A DNA stretch of 64,000 nt from Mobula birostris. Lineage: Eukaryota. The notes under the pieces were generated by a model that searched no databases, was not told where the DNA came from, and worked only from the letters and a program-made list of their open reading frames with translations. How positions within the stretch are numbered: position 1 is the stretch's first letter; each line of letters opens with the position of its first letter. Of the stretch, positions 52,346-62,950 are shown one piece after another. Both the position numbers and the translations under genes were made by a program. The stretch is taken from positions 19,722,630-19,786,629 of the forward strand of contig NC_092374.1 of the NCBI RefSeq assembly GCF_030028105.1, in the 5' to 3' direction.

Positions 52346-53349
52346 AGCCACAACAGGTTGCCCGAGGTTGCCCGAGAGGGTTGCAGTGAGCAGCAAGAGA
52401 AGGTGGCAGCAGCCGTAAGTTGGCTGTGTCGAGCACACAGATGGCGCAGTGCTGATTCGCAGTGGTCCATACACAAAATAAACCCCAACACGTTCATCAG
52501 TTTCCATCTCTCCGAGGCTGGCTTTTCAATATTTAATGAGGAGAAGCAGATGGGAAAAATCTTTTCTTACCGATTACACACATGACCTAATTAGTCCATA
52601 CAGTACACACATGAAGTGCCTTGCACGTTTTGGAATAAAGAAGATTCACATTTATAAATGCAGCAACTGCTTGCTCATACATTATTAAACAGGACTATTT
52701 ATCTGAATATTTAATCGCAAATATGCACAAAAGATATGCTTGGAATATTGCAATATTCCTGTTCTGCAGGTATTATCTGCGTCTTTCATTTTTTGTTCGA
52801 TGTGACATTAGCTTCTCCAGCGCCTCTTCCTGTGTTGCCCTCAGGAAAGAAGGCACACAATCTGCTCCTGGGCATTTGCCAATTCTGTAGTGCAGCCTGC
52901 TGTCAGCAAATATGAGCAAAGAGACTATCAGAGTGAGTGGTGACCTTGCCTCCATTTTGTTTGGGGTCAAATCCAGAGTGTCCATCCGTGTGCTGATAAG
53001 ATCACCTTGTTGCACCATGGAACTCACTACACTGGAGTCACAAAAAGGAGTCAACAGAGATATATATCATCAATCTGGGCATTGTAGTTGATGTTCTGTT
53101 CTACTGAGTCACCGCACTATCTCAGTTATTGGCGGAACTCAGCAGGGTTACAAGTTCGTATTGGAGTCATCCAGAAATCACCAAAGTGGTGGCCACTCTG
53201 CACCCAAGGCTTCTTATTTTTTCTCTGAACTCATTGGAAAAAAAACAAGTTTGTGAGCAGAACTTAGAATAATATTCCACCATGGCTCAAGCTGACAAAC
53301 AGACACTTAAATTGCATTTCGAAAACACTTTCCAAAACCCTTGCTTAAA

Positions 53350-53945
53350 ATAAGCAAGGATGAGATGCTGACACTGTATGAGGCATTGGTCACACCATAC
53401 TTGGAGAGTTCTGAGCAGACTTGAGCCCCATATCTATGAAAGAATGTGCTGGCATTGAAAAGGGTCCAGAGGAGGACTACGAGAGTGATCTAGGAATTAA
53501 AGGGTTAATGTATAAGGAGTATTTGATTGTGCTGGGCCTGTCCTCGCTGGAGTTTAGAAGAATAAGAGGGGGATATCATTGAAACCTAGTGAATGTTGAA
53601 AGGCTTAGGTAAAGTGGACATAGAGTTTGCATTAGTGAGAGTGTCAAGGACCACAGTCACATGATACAAGGTTGTCCCCTTAGAACAGAGATGATGAGGA
53701 AATTTCTTTAACCAGAGGTGGTGAATCTGTAGAATTGGTTGCCACAGACAGCTGTGGAGTCAAGTCATTGGGTATACTGTATTTCAAGCAGATATTGATG
53801 GGTCCTTGATTAATGAGGACATCAATGGTGATAGGGAGAAGGCAGAAGAATGGGGTGGAGAGGAAAACTAAATCAGTTACGATGAACTGTCAGAGCAGAC
53901 TCTATGGGCTGATTGGCCTAATCATGCTCCTGTGTCTTGTGGTCC
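53350..53945 (+). mobile_element. CR1 LINE 3' fragment
   Basis: Decayed LYEALVxPxLE...LEFRRIRG...VVNL. Confidence 0.85.
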
Positions 53946-54749
53946 AACAAACGCTGATGTGATAGTTCATTTGAGTGCAAAATTAAATTTGAATTTGTGC
54001 TTTGGAAATATATTTCAGCTGGGCAGTCAGCATGAAGGATTAAGCAGTGAGGGAAGTCAGAATCAGTTCTACATGAAGTCAAATTAGTGACAAAATATTA
54101 TCAACTGAAGAGTTGAACTTACTACAAAATAAAGAATTTGCCGGAAGAACTCCGAGGGACAGGCAGCATCTATGGGGTTAGGGGAAGGGAGAAGAGAGTA
54201 ACAGTTGACATTTCATATCCAAATTATGCATCAGGGCTTAAGAGTGAGGAAGGGAGGTGGGAGCCAGTACAAATAGGAGGCGCAGGGGGGAGTTGGTGAA
54301 ACCAGAACCAGTGGATGGAGGAGAGTGAAGGTGGAGGATGACGAGCAGATCAGAGGAGGGGTGGAGTCAGGATACAAAGGCCTCCTCTCCTCTTACACTC
54401 ATCATCTTGCACGCGACATACCCATCCTGTAAACATGTGAAAAAAAATCTATCTGATTCCAAAAGGACTAACATTTGTTTTGTTGTCTTGTTTTTCGTGG
54501 ACTTTATTGCGTTTCTTTGTTTTGTGGGTACCTGCAAGAAAATGAATCTCAAGGTTGTATATGGTATACATACTTAATAATAAATTTGAACTTTGAACTT
54601 TATATAAATGCATTTTGAATGTCCAAGTACACTCATCTGGCACCCCATATGCACGCTGCTATTAAAGCCTAAAAGCCACGATTATCAAATGTGATCTCCC
54701 TTTCATATCTATGTGTTGATCCTATCCAATCAATTATAATTCTCTAAGG

Positions 54750-56590
54750 GTCTACCATTGTGTTCCTAATGATTGACTGCACTTTCTACACACTGGATAT
54801 CGATTAACTGGGAAAGTGGACAAAAGAATGACAGATTGTATTTGACTCAGACAAGTGCAAAGTGATGCATTTTGAAAGATTAGCTGGGCTGGGATGTATA
54901 CAGTGACAGATAGGACCCATAAGACCATAAGACATAGGACCAGAATTAGGTCAGTCTGCACATCAGGTCTGCTCCACCATTCCATCATGGCTGATTTATT
55001 AACCCACTCAACCCCATATTCCAAGCAGGGAGTCTAGAGAAGGCCTTAGACAGATTAGGAGAATGGGCAAACAAGTGGCAGATGGAACATAGTGTAAGGA
55101 AATGCATGGTCATGCACTTTGGTAGAGGAATAAAGACATAGACTATTTTCTAAATGGCGAGCGAATTCAAAAATCAGAGGTGCAAGGGGACTTGGGAGTC
55201 CCCATGCAAGATTCCCTAAAGATTAACCTGCGGGTTGAGTTGATTGTAACATCGGAACGACGAGTTGCTGGTCCCTACCTTTGTTGTTTCAGGAGTGACC
55301 TCTCTCTCCCTCTCCCCAGAGAGGGAGAGAGGGGTCACTCCTGAAACTCCTGACCCTATCTGAAATACTGAATTACTGGTTTGTGAACTGTAGTTTGATG
55401 GACTTTGTATTAATGGACTCGTCGAGGCTTCTGCTGTTTGCTTGCGTTGTGAGGGATTCAGTGCTTCTGCTGGCACAGGTGGGGCTCGATGCTCTTGCCG
55501 CTACTCCTGCGGGGAGGGGTGAGCGGGTCTTCAGGGTTCTGAGGTTTCTATCATTCTATGGGGTTTCTTTGTTTCATGGATATCTGTGATGAATTTCAGG
55601 CTGTGTATTGGTTACATTATCTGATATTAAATGTACTTTGAAACTTTGGTAAGGAAATGCAACTTTAGCATTCATTTTGAAAAGACTAGAATACAAAAGC
55701 AAGGAGGTAATGCTGAGGCTTTATACAGCATTGGTGAGACTGCAAGTGGAATATTGTGAGCAGCTTTGGGCCCATTAGAAAAGATATACTGGCACTGGAG
55801 AGGGTTCAGAGGATGTGCATGAGAATGAACCCAGGAATGAAAGGGCTAACATATGAGGACCAATTGATTGCTCAAGACCTGTACTTGCTGGAGTTTAGAA
55901 GAATAAGCGGCGATTTCATTGAAACCTATCGAATATTGAAAGGCCAAGATAGAGTGGATGTTTCTGCTAGCGGGTGAGTCTAGGATCAGAGGGCACAGCC
56001 TCAGAAAAGAGTGACATCAATTTAGGATAGAGATGAGGAGGAATTTCTTTAGCCAGAGGGTAGTGAATCAGTGGAACTCAATGCCACAGACAGCTGTGGA
56101 AACTATGCCATTGAGAATATTTTAAATGGAGATTAGTCAGGGTGTCAAAGGTTATAATAAATCAGTTGTGGTGGGCTGGCAGAGCAGACACAATGGGCTG
56201 AATGGCCTCATTCTCTTCCTATGTCTTATGGTCTTGTATTGAAAGGCTGAGATAGAGTGGACATGGAGAGGATGTTTGCATTAGTGGGAGAGTCTAGAAC
56301 CAGAGGACACAGCTTCAGAATAGGACATCCCTTTAGAACAGTAATGAGGTGGAATTTCTTTAGCCAGAGAGTTGTAAATCTGTGGAATTCATTATTTTTT
56401 GGCTATGGAGGCCAAGTCACCGGATATAATTAAAGTATAGGTTGATAGTGTTTTGATTAGTAAGGGTGTCAAAGGTTACAGGGAGAAAGCAGGAGAATGG
56501 GGTTGGGAGGGAAATTAAATTAGCCATGATGGAGTAGCAGAACAGACTCGATGGGCCAAATGGCCTACTACTGCTCCTTCATCTTGTGTT
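54750..56590 (+). mobile_element. Cluster of nested CR1 fragments with a non-autonomous LINE-like insert at ~55246-55648
   Basis: LDRLGEWANKWQM, KDILALERVQR; two successive CR1 3' ends (~56230, ~56590). Confidence 0.75.
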
Positions 56591-57015
56591 CTAACTAATA
56601 GGAAAACATCTGACAAAACATCGTACTTCTGTTGTGCTGAACACTGTCTGCATGCATGTTTTAATTCAAGGCCACTTCTCCTGCAGCTAGTTAGTATGCA
56701 TTTTAAGAAGATTTTAAGAAGTGACAATCAGTCTGACATTCTGCTGTGTAAATCGGAGCCATTCAACACAGTCCACCCCCGCCTGCAAACTCAAATCTGA
56801 CCTGTGCTTGAACAAAGGCTCCAGGCAGCCAGGGATGATCGCCAGCGCAGATTTAACTCATGCAAAGAACCAATAACAAATTAACAAAACAAGCCTTTGC
56901 TGCACTTGAAGGAAATAGGAGAGATTCTTGTTCACATAATGTAACAGACAGCCTGAAAATCAGAGAGGTTTAAATTGTAAATAGGAATCTAGGGGTCTAC
57001 TAGGTGTGTACAGGA

Positions 57016-57582
57016 CTATGAAAATATCTTAGGCACACACACACATATATAGATATAGATAGATATAGCAAGGTTGCCGAAGACTTTTGCACAGTACTGT
57101 GGTAATTTTATGTTTTGCACTGTATTTCTTCCACAAAAAAAAACAAATTTCATGACATATGTGAGTGATGACAAACCTGATTCTGATATGGGTCTCTATT
57201 GTGGACTGAGAATGGGAAAGGGTCAGGGAGAGGGGAATCATAATTGGGAAAAAGAGAAGGGAGAGGGGAGGGAGCAGGAAGCAAATTCTGTAATTTTCAA
57301 TAAACCAAATGTTTGGAATCAAATGTCCTTGCCTGGTGTCTCAGGGGAGGGGTGTGTCTGCACCCAAGCCACATCGTGCCCCCCCCCAGCTTCTGGAACT
57401 TCTTCTCTGCCACCTGTCCCACATCCCACCCACAGCATATCATCCTCGCCACTTCCAACGTCCTTTACTCCTGCTAAATTTATGAACTTGCTCTCTGCTC
57501 CGTGTTGATAAATGCAGTACTGTGCAAAAGTGTTAGGCACCCTAGCTATATACATGTGCCTAAGACTTTTGCACAGTACTGT
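57016..57582 (+). mobile_element. Hairpin-ended composite MITE family B, full length
   Basis: Right hairpin cagtactgtgcaaaagtgttaggcac-cctagctatatacat-gtgcctaagacttttgcacagtactg. Confidence 0.88.
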
Positions 57583-57764
57583 ATATGTATAAACACAGAA
57601 CTATGGTCCAGCAATAAGAGGTGCTGCCTCAATGATCCAATGACTGGGGTTCAACCCTGATTCCCTCCCACATTCCAAAGACTTACTGGCAGGTTATCTG
57701 CACAGACCGAATTTTCTCTCGAATAAATGGGCAACAGAATTGGTGAGCACTAGCACTAATGGGC

Positions 57765-58830
57765 ACTAACCTCCATAGTATCCAGGACATCTTCAATGAA
57801 CAATGCCTGTCAGAGGTGGCATCCATCATTATGACCCCCATCACCCAGGACATGCCTTATCCTCATTGCTATCATCAGCAAGGAGGTACAGAAGCCTGAA
57901 GGCACACACTCAATGATTCATGAACAGCTTCTTCCCCTCTGCTATTTGATTTCTGAATGGACGTTGAACCCGTGAACACTGCCTCACTACTTGTTTTATC
58001 TTTATTTTTGCATTACTTATTTAAGGAGGAGGAGGAGATGGCTGCGCAATCAGCGTGCGCGGCCACTTTGGTGGTGATGTCTGTTACTTGTCAAGTAGGG
58101 GACCGTGCACAATTCTGATTTGATGAAGACAGACATGAGAGTACGGAGGAACATTTGGAGAAACTTCTGAAATGCCCGCTTTGCTGCCGCTGTTACTGTG
58201 TGATCCTGAATCTCCAGATGAGAAGGCCCCGAATCTTCGGCTTTGCTTGTTTCGGCGGCTGGGCGAGGTCGAAGGCGCTCGGCAGAGGATGGCACTTGGG
58301 AGGCTGGTCGGAGGCTCAAAGTTTTCGGATGGATGGACTCAGTGTCGGCTGTGGTCGGCTGCTTCCAATGCATCGGCAGATGTCGGTGCCTGGAGGTTTA
58401 TGGCAGGGAGTTTCTCCCCTTTGCCGCCTGCTATCAGGGACTCGGGAGTCGATCGACTTGGGACTTTGAGACTTTTTTTTTACCGTGCCCATGGTCCGTT
58501 CTTTATCAAATTATGGTATTGTTTTGCACTGCTGTAACTGCACTGTTATAATTATGTGGTTCTGTCAGTGTTAGTCTTTGGTTTGTCCTGTTTTTCTGCG
58601 ATATAACTCTGGAGGAACATTGTATCATTTCTTAATGCATGCATGCGTTTCTAAATGACAATAAATGAGGACTGAGTATTCTCATAATCTAGTCTAATTT
58701 AACATATATTTTTTTTAACTGTAATACTCAGTTTTTTCCTATTGTTATTAGCATTAAACTGCTGCTACAAAGACAGCAAATTTTGCGACATTTCCTGGTG
58801 ATATTAAACCTGATTCTGATTCTGATTCTG
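57765..58830 (+). mobile_element. Rex/Babar-type 3' fragment interrupted at 58025-58697
   Basis: ctccatagtatccaggacatc...aacagcttcttcccctctg; (TGATTC)n tail. Confidence 0.7.
58025..58697 (+). mobile_element. ~680-bp non-coding retroposon with (TCTAA)n tail (copy of 14588-15272)
   Basis: Full-length similarity; possible short TSD atttaa. Confidence 0.8.
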
Positions 58831-59699
58831 AGGAAGTTCTTGATGAGAATGAGTAACCTATCAGATACTGAAAGGTCCGGACGAAATGGATGTGGAGAAG
58901 ATGTTTCCACTAATCAGAAAGTCCACAATCTAAGGGCACAACTGCACAAAATATGCGGCGGTTAGTAGAGGTTCAGATGAAGGGCCTCAATCCAAAATGC
59001 CAGCTCTTCACTTCTCTTTATAGATGCTGTCTGACCCACTGAGTTTGTGTGTTGTTCCTGTATCTGCAGTCCCCTGTGCCTCCATTCTGTCACATAGAGA
59101 GCATCTCCGATTTGACATGAGGGCTTTTAAGGATTTTGGAGAATAGTCAATATTCAAGGGGGAATTGAAGAAATATTTGACCAGAGAGGAACTGGGACCA
59201 GTTGATTTCCTCCCCGCTGTGCATTGCACAATTTGAAGTTGACCTCTAGCTGCTCCCACTAAATGGATGTGCCTGTATCAGACTGAGTCATATCCCCTCC
59301 ACACATGGACCTCCACTAGCCAGCTGCACAGAGTATCCAGTGGTTTGCACAGGTCACCCATCAAGACTCCTGCACTTAGCAACAGCAGCAAAAACAAATC
59401 TTTCGCTCCATGCCTTTATGTGCAGCCAGTGAAGCTGAACACAAGGAAAAAGATGCTGCATAAAATATTACAAAGGAGAAATGGTAGCTTAAACACTTTT
59501 CTATCTGCTCAGGGATCATCAGTCAGTCACACCGCCAGACTGCATTTCCTAGAAATGAATAATTGAGATATGTCCCCAAAGAGGAAAATAGAGGTAAATG
59601 TTCATCCAAGATCCACGCAGTGAACTCTTCACCTAAATTAAATTTCATGGCTGTCAATAGAACTCAGTTTCTGAAGCCTTACTTTAAGGGAGTCATGAA

Positions 59700-60233
59700 G
59701 AGAGCAATCCCTGTGGAAAGCAGAAAGTGGAGAGTGAGGAATGGGAAGGGAAGCATGGGCTTAATGGTAGGATCCCATTGTAGATGACAGATGTCCACTT
59801 CCCTCTCCTATCAGATTCCTTCTTCAGCCCTTTATCTCTTCCAGTTATCACCTTCCCACTTCTTACTTCAGCCTCCCTCCTCCACCCACTCACCTCCGCC
59901 CGACCTGATTTCACCTATCTGCCGCCAGCTTATACTCCTTTCCCTCCCCATACCTTCTTATTCTGGTTTCTTCCCCCTTCTCTTCCAGTCCTGCAAAGGG
60001 TCTTGGCCCAAAATGTTGAACGTTTATTCCTCTCCATAGGTGCTGCCTGAGCTGCTCAGCTCCTCCAGCACTTTGTGGGTTTGGCTCAGAATCGCTGACA
60101 TAAGAGGTAGTGCAGATGCTGGAAATGTAGCGTCGTGCACACTATGTGCTGGATGGGGCTCAGGAGGTCAGGCAGCGTCTATGGATGGGAATAAACAGTT
60201 GACGTTTCGGGTCGAGACCCTTCATCGGGACCA
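59700..60233. mobile_element. PLE fragments in alternating orientations
   Basis: Pyrimidine-rich UTR and terminus on plus, then inverted terminus with hammerhead-like motif at 60196-60233. Confidence 0.75.
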
Positions 60234-60295
60234 GTTGATCACCCCCCTCTATTCATTGCACAATTTGAAGTTGGTCTGCAGCACATGGTTTTTCA

Positions 60296-60810
60296 GTCGG
60301 GCGCCAGACGCTCGGAAAGATTCGGCTGGGGCCGTGGTTGAGTGGTCAGCAACTTGGGCCAGCTCCCCCACCGGACTTAGACAGGTGAGGAGGGTGTGAG
60401 GACATCCAGCAGGACTAGAAAAAGCAAGACCTGACAAAGGGCAGATGAGCTCCTTGTGAGCCAACGGCCATCTTCCGTGGAGGAGATTAAAGCCTCACCA
60501 CATATCTACGAATCGTATGCTATGCACCTAGTTAGAAGAGACACGATGAACTTGGGCGCTGCACTGTGTACCTGGACCTGACCAAGGCCTCTGCTTAGGG
60601 AAGGGCCGAGCTCGAAGAAGCGGCCGGGGCTGGAGGCCGACACGGCCTTGGGCTCAAGTTCGGCGGGGGCAGCGGCGGACAGTGCCAAGGCGGCCAGCGA
60701 GAACAAACTGGAGGAGAGGCTGTACTCGGTGCTGTTGCAAGATCGAAGAAGATGGAGGTACATAGCTGCCAACCCTGGATTCGGGACGGCACCTACTGAC
60801 TGACTGACTG
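60296..60810 (+). mobile_element. RTE-type non-autonomous element with (ACTG)n tail; hosts the ZFTRAF1 fragment
   Basis: 3' part encodes an RTE-like C-terminus QDRRRWRYIAANP, then actgactgactgactg at ~60795-60810. Confidence 0.5.
60558..60735 (+). pseudogene. ZFTRAF1: Circularly permuted 178-bp fragment of the ZFTRAF1 (CYHR1) 5' coding region
   Basis: 60600-60734 encodes [45 protein letters not shown] and 60560-60592 encodes CTVYLDLTKAS. Vertebrate CYHR1, as I recall it, reads ...PPKKR...[26 protein letters not shown]. Confidence 0.88.
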
Positions 60811-61337
60811 CAGCACATTGTCTGTATCTGCAGGATCTTTTGCATTTATATAATGCAATAGATTTGTTTCTACTCAACATTAAACTGAGCTTTCAAATAT
60901 GGATCTCCACTGATTCGTCTGTTCACTGAGAAAGAATTTGAAAGAGCAAACTGCTGAGAATATTCAACCCTTGGGAGGTGTTTGAGAAAAGAATAACATT
61001 TCAGGTCCCGACCTAATACCAGGTTGGAATTTTCAGCTGATGTTGCCTGGCTCACTGACTACTTCCAGGATTTCTTGACTTTGATTTGCAGTCCGCTCTA
61101 TCTGTCCCCCTTCATATCAATCAAAGTCGCCTCACATACTCCGTCATTCCAAAAACTTGTTAGTTTTTAGGTAATTACCTCCAGAGAATCACTCACTCCC
61201 GCACAAACCTTCCCCTACCCTCAACATTTATTTTTGAGGTCAACTCAGACAGAACGTATCCAATATTATGCCTTGAAATAGCTATGGATATAACTCAGCA
61301 CCTCAGGGAATGATTAGAGGTCCTTATTTATTTAGAG

Positions 61338-61418
61338 CAGGGGTTCCCCACTTGAGGTCTACGGAGCACTCGGTGAATTGTAGGGGCCCATGACACAAAA
61401 AATGGGTGGGAACCCCTG
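61338..61418. mobile_element. 81-bp hAT (Charlie-like) MITE
   Basis: TIRs caggggttccc/gggaacccctg; 8-bp TSD atttagag/attgagag (1 mismatch). Confidence 0.8.
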
Positions 61419-61875
61419 ATTGAGAGAAACAGCACAGAACAGGCCCTTCTGGCCCAGTGGGCCACACAGCTTAGCAACCCATCTATGTAACCCTAACTGG
61501 TACGACTTTGGAACCAGAGCACCCAGTGGAACCCACATGTTCACGTACAAATTCCTTACAGACAGCACTGGAATTACACTGAGCTGTAATAGCTAACCAC
61601 TATGGTACCATGGCTCCCCAATTTCTCCAATTTCAAGTTCAAGTTATTGTTATCTTTCTGTACATAAACTGTATACACGATTCAAGATTCTTTAATGTAA
61701 TTTCCAGCATACTCGTGTAAAGGGGAATGAAATAGTTGTTACTCCATGTCTGATGCAGCACAAAAAAGATAAACACAATAATAATTTAAAAAAACACAAT
61801 AAATATAAATATGTATAGCTCATATACATAGATTGATTTTGCATGTCCATGGAGTTATATTGTATAGAGTGTTGC

Positions 61876-62470
61876 ATGTTGAAATTGTTAAAATTGTACA
61901 AGGCATTGGTAAGGCCAAATTTGGAGTATTGTGTACTGTTCTGGTCACCGAATTATAGGAAAGATGTCAACAAAATTGAGAGAGTACAGAGAAGATTTAC
62001 CAGAATGTTACCTAGGTTTCATCTCCTAAATTACAGAGAAAGGTTGAACAAGTTGTGTCTTTATTCTTTGGAGCGTAGAAGGTTGAGGGGGGATTTGATA
62101 GAGGTATTTAAAATTATGAGGGGGATAGACAGAGTTGATGTGGATAGGCTTTTTTCCATTGAGAGTGGGGGAGATTCAAACAAGAGGACATGAATTGGGA
62201 GTTAAAGGGCAAAACTTTAGGGGTAGCATGAGGGGGAACTTCTTTACTCAGAGAGTGGTAACTGTGTGGAATGAGCTTCCAGCAGACGTGGTTGAGGCAG
62301 GTTCGATGTTGTCATTTAAAGTTAAATGGGATAGATATACGGACAGGAAAGGAATGGAGGGTTATGGGCTGAGTGCAGGTCGATGGGACTAGGTGAGAGT
62401 AAGGGTTCGGCACGGACTAGAAGGGCCGAGATGGCCTGTTTCTGTGCTGTAAATGTTATATGTTATATGA
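61876..62470 (+). mobile_element. CR1 LINE 3' fragment, well preserved, one frameshift
   Basis: LYKALVRPNLEYCVLFWSPNYRKD...ERRRLRGDLIEVFKIMRG; FFTQRVVTVWNELP. Confidence 0.93.
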
Positions 62471-62479
62471 GGCTAGGCA

Positions 62480-62950
62480 CAATTAAATGAAACAATGTCC
62501 CTCCAGACCATGGTGCACCCATAATACATATATTACACACAGCACATAAAACAAAACATTACCACAAATAAGTAAATAAAATATAATTCAAAATGTATGT
62601 GAAGTGCACAGCACAAGTAAACAGTAAAGAGTAAACAGCTTGCTGCCCTAGTGACAAGACCTGGGTGGTGGCTGAGTATTCATTAGTCTCACAGCCTGGG
62701 GGAAGAAGTTATCCAGTCTGGCCATCCTGGTCCTGATGTCCCTGTACCTCCTTCCTCATGGTAGTGGATGAAAAAGATTGTTGGATAGGTGGTAGGGTTC
62801 TTCAAAATTGTTTCAGGCCCTTCATCTACAATGCTCCTGGTAAATGTCAGAAATGATGGGAAACCGGACCCCAGTGATCCCCCTGCAGTTTTTGCTGACC
62901 TCGGTAGGGTCTTGCAATCTTTGCAGCTTCTGCGCCACACGAAGCACTCA
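62480..62950 (-). mobile_element. Rex/Babar-type LINE 3' fragment
   Basis: ORF 62689..62985(-) remnant; reverse strand of acagcctgggggaagaagtt matches the SFFPQAVRL end. Confidence 0.65.

Noticed and set aside
52773-53054. 93-aa minus-strand ORF in unique sequence
   Set aside because: No recognisable domain and no convincing splice-site pair.
60558-60800. Functional ZFTRAF1 gene or ordinary processed pseudogene
   Set aside because: Segments are out of order, there is a stop at 60596-60598, a Cys>Tyr change in the zinc-finger start, no further exons and no poly(A).
60506-60880. 124-aa minus-strand ORF with a signal-peptide-like stretch (SLAALALSAAAPAE), a possible first exon
   Set aside because: It is the antisense shadow of the GC-rich ZFTRAF1 fragment on the plus strand.
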